This document shows, in pieces, positions 54,925 through 64,000 of a stretch of DNA of 64,000 bases; within the stretch, counting starts at the first letter, position 1, and each line of letters opens with the position of its first letter. The position numbers and the translations under genes were made by a program. The stretch covers positions 124,001-188,000 of the forward strand of contig JAVKOQ020000007.1 of assembly GCA_031835245.2 (NCBI GenBank), written 5' to 3'. The DNA comes from Balamuthia mandrillaris. Its lineage: Eukaryota. The notes beneath the pieces were generated by a model. It saw only the letters and a program-made list of their open reading frames with translations, was not told the origin of the DNA and did no database searches.

Positions 54925-56505
54925 TAGTCTTCCAAAGAACAACAGCAACTACAACGAGGAAGAAGAACTAACCTTTTACAACCTTCCAATGAAAGAGAAA
55001 CCAGGTCAGTGCACTGACTACAAATCTCCTGCAGCTGCTGAGTCAAAATAGGGTGGTGGGACAAGTCCAAAGAAAGCAATCCAGTGGCCAAATGAATGCT
55101 GAGACCCGCATAATACTCGTCATCATCATGGCTTGTTCGATAGCTAATCCTTTTTTGGGGAAGGAATGCCATGTACAAGTTTAAGTGCCGGAGGGATGTG
55201 TTGCGCTCAAGGAAAGTGTTGAAAGGAGCGACATCACCAGATGTTGCTGTGACTTGTTCATGAGTGATTGTTAACGACTCTAGCCGTGTTAAACCTTTAA
55301 GGAATAAGAGAATGAGAAAGAAGAACGGAAGAAAGAAAGAAGGAAAGGAACCGGGAACGAACAGGAAGTATACCGGTAATTGCGCGAAGAGAAAATGAGG
55401 TCTCAGTTTCCCGCAAACTGAGGGAGCGAAGCTGTTCACCGTTGGTAAGAAGACTATGTACAATGTCGGGTTCTAGTGTTAACTTGTCCAGTACTAGAGA
55501 AGCCAAGTTTGGGAAGAGCTGTAGGTAGTGGTGCAGAAGAAGGCACAGCAGAGAACGAAAAGATAAGTGAAAGGAGAGAGAGAAGAGAAGAGAACGACGA
55601 AGAGAACGACGAAGAGAAGAGAACGACGAAGAGAACGACGAAGAGAACGACGAAGAGAACGACGAAGAGAACGACGAAGAGAACGACGAAGAGAAGAGAA
55701 GAGAAGAGAAGAGAACGATGAAGAGAACGATGAAGAGAACGACGAAGAGAAGAGAACAACTAAGAGAAGAGAACGATGAAGAGAAGAGAACGATGAAGAG
55801 AAGAGAACGACGAAGAGACCGATGAAGAGAACTATGAAGAGAGAAGAGAAAAGAGAAAGAGAGAAAGCATACGCGTGGTAAATGAGGCATGAGCTCCGTG
55901 GAAATGTCCCAACAATAAGTGAGGTTGAGGGTGTGCAGCCGCGGACAAGTCTTTGCCACCGCTTCGATGGACTTCCTCGTCAAGCCAAGTGCCTCCGTCA
56001 GGTCCAACGCTCCAACGCCCGAAGGAACGCACGCCATAAAATTCTCGTCGGTCAACTGGTGGTACTTTTTTTGTTTGATCAGAAGATTAGGAGCAGCATC
56101 TTTCAGAAAAAAGGATGAGAGGAGGACAAAGGTACATACTTTGATCAAATGGCTGACCAATCTTTCTTTCAGTTCAAGCGGAAGCCATTCCAAGTCTCTT
56201 TTGGTCATTTGTGAGTTGCTGTTGTTGCGCATGTCGAGGTGGAGAGCCACCACGTCCAAGCATTGGATGAGCAACGAGGGGACCCCATCTTCGGCAGCCG
56301 CTAGTCTTTCGGCCCAACCGGTGCGTTGCCTGCCAGCTTGTTTCCTTCTTTCGGGGAAGAAAAGGCTGCCGGTCGCGACTTCATCTTTCACGGCCTTCAG
56401 TCGCGCTCTTTCTTTTGCTGTTGCGCTCTCCTCCTCCTCCTCCACCCCATCAAACATGTATTTGCCCACCTCTGCTTGCTCCTCCTCCTCTCCAAATAGA
56501 TCCAT
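54243..56505 (-). CDS. RNI-like leucine-rich-repeat protein; 5' end uncertain
   Basis: VPSL..C..V, LPLELKERL, CPRLHTLNLTYC, CTDLVSLSLEGC and CPHLQYLDI repeats. Confidence 0.75.
55585..55830. repeat. GAAGAGAACGAC 12-mer minisatellite in an LRR-gene intron
   Basis: Multiple tandem AAGAGAACGACG/AAGAGAACGATG units. Confidence 0.85.
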
Positions 56506-57346
56506 CTTCTTTTTCAACAAGCCCAAAGGGGAAAACTCGCGTGTGCTGCTCTCTCCTCTCTGCTCTCTCCTCTCTCCTCTCTCCTCTCTGCTCTCTCCTC
56601 TCTCCTCTCTCCTCTCTCCCCCTCTCTCCTCTCTCTCCCCTCTCTCCCTCTCCCTCTCTCTCCTCTCTCCTCTCTCCCTCTCTCTCCTCTCTCCTCTCTC
56701 CTCTCCCTCTCCCTCTCTCTCCTCTCTGCTCTCTCCTCCTCTCTCCTCTCTCCTCTCTCCTTCTTTGACGCTCAGCGCCCTTGGCGTGCTTGCGCAAGGA
56801 CATCAAGTTGGTGCAGGGCAACACCGAAGAAGATCGTCATGCTTGGTAGTTCTTTTAAGGAATGAATGTGCATTCGCCGAGCTACGACTCGGAACCTCGG
56901 AACCTCCGGGAACTCGCCCCACAGCAACAGCGGAACGGAAGGAGTGCGCCAGAGAGCGCCGGGAGTAAGTTTTCTGTGGACATGGCTTCGATTTGCTCTC
57001 GATTTGCTTTGTCCCAGTGCGCGGGTTACGAGGGTCCTGTTCGGTTTCCAACGTAAACGTTCGACTTTCGTACACCCTGCAGTCGGGCCACCCAAGTTCT
57101 CTTTTGTTCTTCTTTAACGTTTAAACACACAGAGCACACAGGCCACGCTTGGTCCATTGTTGTGGCTGCACAAAGGAAAGATCAACGTGTAGCGGTTCAA
57201 CTAGAAATGTGAGCATCAGCTAACCAACAGGGTTAGCTTGTTCGTGCACGTTACGTGGTCGCTTCGCTCTTCCTCCACCAACCAACAGTGGCACCGCCCC
57301 CTGACTTCGTTTGGCTTGGGGACGCCAACCCGTCGACACAAAATCA

Positions 57347-57354
57347 TCCCATAA
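57347..57354 (+). promoter_or_regulatory. DUSE-like snRNA upstream element TCCCATAA
   Basis: Matches the Dictyostelium WCCCAYAA element, 61-68 nt upstream of the U6 start. An AT-rich TATA-like box lies at ~57376-57388. Confidence 0.65.
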
Positions 57355-57414
57355 TTCAACACATCCCCCCTCCGCTATATCTTTAAAACGCCCATCGCGC
57401 CCCAAATGATCATC

Positions 57415-57439
57415 GGATTCTCTTCGGAGATCCATCTGT

Positions 57440-57471
<32 letters not shown>

Positions 57472-57521
57472 TGCCCCTGCGTAAGGATGACAATCAAAAT
57501 CGAGAAGATAACACACTTTTT
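57415..57521 (+). ncRNA. U6: U6 spliceosomal snRNA
   Basis: 5' hairpin GGATTCTCTTCGGAGATCC, then AAAATTGGAACGATACAGAGAAGATTAGCA (ACAGAGA box 57455-57461, AGC triad), ISL CCCCTGCGTAAGGATGAC, and a T8 Pol III terminator. Confidence 0.96.
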
Positions 57522-57962
57522 TTTGGATCCACCGCCCCGCGTTGAGGCGGATGGGGGATCTTCCGAGCGGCTTTGATCTTTCTTTCCATCTCCGATTTCT
57601 CTCTCTTTCGCTCTCTCTTTTGCTCTTTCTCTCTCGTTCGTGTCTGCTTTTTCACGGCAATGCTATTTTTCTCTTTATTGTTCCTAACTTGGCAACTGGC
57701 AAGGGGGAGGAATTGCGGCACGGACCATTATTGACAATCAAAATCGAAAACACGTCCTTTTTTTTGTAAAAAAGAAAAATTCCTTGGCCCCCCTCCCCTC
57801 CTTTTTGTCTTGAGGCTCGCTCCCTGTCTGGCCATACACGCACCACTGCGTGCACGCCTTCTCTCTGTGACACTTCTTGTCTTTTTTTTTCCCTGTGTGG
57901 GTGGCCTCTGTTAGTCTTTGGTCAAAGATCCTTTCTTGCTGCAACACATCTGCTCTAGCTTT

Positions 57963-58031
57963 GAAGTTTCTTAGCTCAATAGGATTGGTCGTCGTTCAGC
58001 GCCAATGATGCCCAGTGAGCTAAGAAACTTC
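57963..58031. other. 69-nt intergenic hairpin with a 16-bp perfect stem
   Basis: GAAGTTTCTTAGCTCA (57963-57978) / TGAGCTAAGAAACTTC (58016-58031), with further ATTGG..CCAAT pairing inside. Confidence 0.7.
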
Positions 58032-58545
58032 TTGTGCTTGGTCTGTGGCCACCACCCTTCTCTTCTCGTCATTGGGGGGAAGGGATTTGCTGACGATGAC
58101 CTTCAGAGAACAAACAGTAACTGAAAATGACTTTATGGAGCGGAGTCAGTGAGAAGAAGCTGTGTAAAAGTTTTACTGTAAAACATACTTTCGGAAGTTT
58201 TATTCTCCTCTCCTCTCCTCTCCTCTCCTCTCCTCTCCTCTCTCCTCTCCTCTCCTCTCCTCTCCTCTCCCTCCTCTCCTCTCCTCTCCTCTCCTCTCTC
58301 CTGTCCTTGCCAAGTCGCAGCATCGAGACCACACAAGGGTGAGAAGATGTCAGGAAACCGGAAGGAGGAAATCTCTCGGAATCCCCCGAGTCCTAAGGAT
58401 AGGCTGATTAATTTGCGATGTCGGCCGAACTAACACAAAAAAACCCCGATGGCGGCCCACTATTTATTGGCAACACTCCTGGATGCTGCTCCCTTGCATT
58501 GCTTGAAACAACAAAAAAGTTACGAAAGAAAACACACATATCAGC

Positions 58546-59838
58546 ATGAGTTCCATTGGCACATCCTCCTCCTCCTCCAGCGACCCCCTCTCCGAGGGGG
58601 AAGAGCACCTGGAGGAGCATGCTGGCGGCAGCAAAGAGGAACAGCTTGCCAGCTCCGTGCTGGGGGACGAGGAGCTGGGGGTGGTCTCCAAGTACGCCAA
58701 GGTCAACCAGCCCTGCCCATTCTCCGGCCACACCCCCAAGCACCCCATCTCCCTGGAATGGCGCAACCTCAACTACAAAGTCGTCATCCCCAAACCTCCG
58801 GAGAACCTCTTCCTCCGCCTCTTGCTCAAGCTGCCTATCCCTGCCATGCTCACCGAGCCCCTCAAGACCAAGATCGAAGTGCCCATCCTCAACAACGTCT
58901 CCGGCAAAGTGGCTCCTGGCAATGTCATCGCCATCATGGGTCCCACTGGTTCCGGCAAGGTTTGTCTCCCTCTTCTTGTCCACCTCCCATGACTTTCAAC
59001 CAACAACTCCGCCCATTTCTCTCTTCTCTCTTTCCTCTTCTTCTCTCTTCCTCTGTGTGCGTGGGTGTGCAGACAACATTGTTGAACGTGTTGGCACGGA
59101 GGGTGAAGATGAACGTGACGGGAGACATCCTGGTGAACGGGGAGGAGGTGTCGGGGCGACGGTTCAAGCGGCGGATGGCCTACGTCCTGCAGGACGACCT
59201 CTTCTTCCCCAACCTCACCGTGCGAGACACGGTGACCTACACCGCCCTCCTCAAGCTCCCCAAGGACCTCTCCCCGCAAGCCAAGCGAGAGCGCGTGGAC
59301 GAGGTCCTCACCGAGCTGGGCCTTCAGCGCTGCTCCAACACCATCATCGGAGGAGCCTTTGTGCGAGGCATCTCCGGAGGAGAGCGCAAGAGGACCAACA
59401 TTGCCAACGAACTTGTCAACAACCCTTCCCTCATCTTTCTTGACGAACCCACCTCCGGTCCGCTTCCCCCCCCCTCCCCCCCTCCTCCTTCTCCAATTGG
59501 TCTCCTTCCCTTTCTGTTTCGTCCTCCTGGCTGACATGTTGTTGCTTTGCCTTCCATTGGGGGGTGGGTGGGAACCACAACGACAGGTTTGGATGCAGCA
59601 ACCTCTCTGGGATTGATCGTGTCGTTGAAGAACCTGGCCAAGAGCGGTCACACCGTGGTGACCACCATTCATCAACCTTCCTCCGCCATGTTCATGATGT
59701 TCGACAACGTCATCCTCTTGGCGGAGGGCGGGTTTGTGGTGTACTCTGGGAGCGCGGCTGGGGTGCTGCCCTACTTTGCCAGCCTGGGGCTTCACTCTCC
59801 TTCCAACTACAATCCTGCTGACTTCATGTGTACGTTCT

Positions 59839-59881
<43 letters not shown>

Positions 59882-61016
59882 CCTTCGAAAACAAAGGACT
59901 GATCACACTGCTTTCAAAAGTGGAGGTGGTGACCTCCGACGAGAAGACCAGTGATGGACGAACGGTGAGACAACTGCTCATCGACAACTACGCAGAGGAG
60001 TTCCAAAAGGATTCCACAGCAAACGGTAAGCCACTGAAGATCGAGGAGGAGATGGAAGAAGGCTTGGTGGACATGAAGAAGGGAGCCAAGTATCCGACGG
60101 GCATGTTGCAACAGACTTGGGTCCTGGCCAATCGTGCCTTCAAGCAACGACGTCACGACATTCTCTCCTGGATGAACGTCATTCAGATGCTTCTCATCTC
60201 ACTTCTTTCCGGGTTCATCTGGTTCCAAATGGATAAAGACGAATCGGCCATTCCTGATCGGACTGGTTTTCTCTTTTTTTCTACTATGTTTTGGATCTTG
60301 CACCCATGGATGTCAGCTCTTTATGGCTGTGTGTATACTCTTCTCGCCTCATTATCTCTCTTCTCATCCTTAACGCAAACTGATCCAACAACTATTTAAT
60401 AGTTCCTCCGGAAAGGGCGGTGCTGAACAAAGAACGTGCCACAGGAAATTACCGCTTGTCTTCCTACTTCATTGGCAAGATGATTGCTGAGACGCCCTTG
60501 CAGTTGCTTCTCCCCTTCATGTTCGCTTGTATCACCTACTGGATGGTGGGACTGTCAGACGACGGCTACACCTTCATCTTCTACATTGTCATCTTGTGGT
60601 TGTTCGTGCTCCTTGGAGATGGAATTGGCACGTTCATCGGTGCTACCATCGTCAACATCAAGACCGCGATGACCATGTCCATCATTATCATGCTTGGCTC
60701 AGTGCTGCTGGGTGGATTCTTTGTGAGCAGAGAGAACCTTGCGGTGTGGGTGGCATGGGCTCGGTGGTTGTCCATCGTGAAGTACAGTTACGAGCTGGCC
60801 TTGCTGAACGAGTTCGAACTCTCCTCCGACCTGGAGTTCACCCCTTCCAACCCATCAACCTATACATCCGACCCAATCACGGGGGATGACGTAATTGACC
60901 ACCTGAACGTGGAGACGAACGTGTGGGGGGACATCATCTTCCTTGTGGGCATGATCATCGTTTCCAGGGTTGCAGCCTATTTTTCTCTTCGTTTCCTCAA
61001 CAAGCCACGGCAGTAA
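58546..61016 (+). CDS. ABCG (White-family) half transporter
   Basis: GPTGSGK|TTLL, ISGGERKR, LDEPTSGLD, TTIHQPS and NPADF, followed by a C-terminal TMD. Confidence 0.95.
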
Positions 61017-61850
61017 GCATATTCACTTCTCTGGCTCTCTGCGATAGGCAATTCGTTTATCCTTACACGGGCTCGTTCCTTCGAGTTGTGCTCACAACGC
61101 TAATTATTCGTCCTGTCCAACCGGAGAGAGAATGATTGTGTGATTCTTTTATCGGATTGCCTTTGGTTCCTTCGCTAAGCAAGACTGCTTACAAACTGCT
61201 ATCTTTGTCGTTGTTGGCTTGTTTTATTGCTTGCTTGTTTGTGTTAATAATACCAACTCACTAGTCAGTCAGCTCATTGTCTCCGTTCCAAGGAGCACTT
61301 TATTCTGCTTCGGGTCTTATTCTTCACATCCAATAGTATTTCTGACTTTAGTGCAGTCTACAAGACTGCTTTCATCTTCAAGAAAGCCCACACAGTGAGG
61401 GAATACCCTGCTGTATCCTAGGCTGGCGTGTTGATAAGTAACCAAACACCCTTGACTGCCGACTGCATTTGGCATGCAGAGGGTCCTCAGTTGCATTGAC
61501 TCAACGGGAACAAGACGCGCATTGATAATGAAGACGAGTGCAAACCTGTTCCCGAACCTTCAGAAGGTACCCCATGCGTTTCTATTCCTCTCGCTGGTTG
61601 ACTCCCTTCTTTACTCTTACCTCTGGTTCACAGGCGAGGAGTGTTTCGTGCCCTTGCTGTGCGCTGAAACTGTGCCACCTCTGCTGAAAGGAGAGGATTG
61701 TACAAGAAAAAAGGTAGCCCATTCGTTGCAAAGAAAGAAAAAGAGTAAGCCAGAAAAGAGTTGTTAGGGAAAGAAGAAAAAAGCACTCATTTATTGGTTG
61801 CATCAAGCGGATTTTCTTAGAGGAACGAAAAGCCATTCAAGGTCCGGGCT

Positions 61851-62387
61851 TCATTCCTTTTGCGTCCTCATGGAAATGACTTGCTCCTTTCCCATGGAGC
61901 GCAGCACCGTCAAGTAGATGCTGGACTCCGCTCCCTCCTCCTCGAATCTCTCTCTAATGGTCTCGCCGAGTTCCCCTTTGGGAAGGTCCAGGTCGGACCT
62001 CAGGGCTCCGCTGGCGGTGAGGAGGCTGATGGCGCCATCCTCCTTCACGTCCACCAGGAGGAACTCGTCCTTGTCGACCCTGGGCACCTCCACATCTCCA
62101 GAGGAGAGCATCTCACGCTTTTTGCCAGTGAAGAGGTCGATGCCGACAATGTGTGCCTTGGCGTGTCCGTGCTTGCCGGGCTTGGACTTGTTGATCTCCA
62201 CGACCTTGCAAGGGTGGCCATTGATGAGGATGAAGCCACCCTTCTTGACGTTGTTCATCTTGTCAGGGTAGGAGAGACTCTCATTGTCGACCACGTTCAC
62301 GTTGGAGGTGGAGTGGGTGGATTCTTGGTCGTTATTGCTGTTGTTCTGGTCGCTATTGTTGTTGTGGTTCACCTTCTTTTTGGCCAT
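61851..62387 (-). CDS. eIF5A: Translation factor eIF5A-like, intron-less, divergent
   Basis: KKGGFILINGHPCKVVE..SKPGKHGHAKAHIVGIDLFTGKK includes the hypusine-site motif. Confidence 0.88.
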   Translation of the reverse strand: MAKKKVNHNNNSDQNNSNNDQESTHSTSNVNVVDNESLSYPDKMNNVKKGGFILINGHPCKVVEINKSKPGKHGHAKAHIVGIDLFTGKKREMLSSGDVEVPRVDKDEFLLVDVKEDGAISLLTASGALRSDLDLPKGELGETIRERFEEEGAESSIYLTVLRSMGKEQVISMRTQKE

Positions 62388-62812
62388 TTGGAGCAGATGG
62401 AGGAGTGGTCTTGGGGTTTGTTGCTAGTTTGCTTGTGGAATGCCAGCTTGGACACCGTTGAGGTTGCTTGAAAGTCTTCTTTCTTTTGGGTTGCAATGTT
62501 TTACACAGAAACGACCAAAAGAAAAAAGACAGTGCTGTCTTTGGTGGGAGTGTAGCGAGTAGAGTTGGGTTGCTTGTGAGCGGTGAAGCAAAAAGAAAGC
62601 AAAGGAAGGTAAGCCAAGCACTTCTATTTTTTGTACGGGCGGGTGTTGGCTGTTCCCTGAAGCTGAATGCACCAGGTGATTCCCAAAACAATGGAGAAGG
62701 GATCGGGAAAACTGAGGATCTGATCAACTGCGCTGTAGTCCTCGATCTCTCTCCCCAGAAAGGGCACTGTTTGCGAGAGGAGCAAATTCCCAGTATAGCA
62801 AAGAGGATGAAG

Positions 62813-62867
<55 letters not shown>

Positions 62868-62969
62868 CACACACACAATAACTATCAGAAGATTCGTTGT
62901 TGAAAGGGAGTTTGGATGGCTCACCCAAATGAATAAATAAATAAATAATTGAAACAGGAATAAGAAGAC

Positions 62970-64000
<1,031 letters not shown>

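Noticed and set aside
55585..55830. Regular 12-mer array as a functional locus
   Set aside because: Low-complexity intronic minisatellite like others in the window.
56545..56760. CT-rich tract, also 58205-58300
   Set aside because: Simple polypyrimidine repeats typical of this genome, with no further structure.

Overview
Gene-dense, intron-rich eukaryotic DNA with short GT-AG introns full of (GA)n and (AAG)n microsatellites. It looks amoebozoan (inference): the U6 snRNA gene has a Dictyostelium-type TCCCATAA upstream element, and there is an Acanthamoeba/giant-virus-type ankyrin gene. The main discovery is a ~8.95-kb intron-less endogenous DNA-virus-like element (about 2902-11855) sitting in an otherwise ~96-bp intron of a host ankyrin/F-box/Rab-like gene. 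It is bounded by ~129-bp DIRECT repeats (one mismatch) and a GTTCT(T) target-site duplication. It encodes a Polinton-type rve integrase, an adenain-like protease, a double-jelly-roll major capsid protein, basic core-like proteins and a permuted NlpC/P60-like enzyme. Instead of a protein-primed DNA polymerase it carries a small HUH rolling-circle endonuclease. An inner pair of 72-bp inverted repeats brackets the capsid+HUH module. The rest of the window holds about 24 ordinary host genes, a U6 snRNA gene, a pre-miRNA-like hairpin and some gene relics. Protein family calls come from motifs recognised by eye, not database searches, and coordinates of spliced genes are approximate spans.
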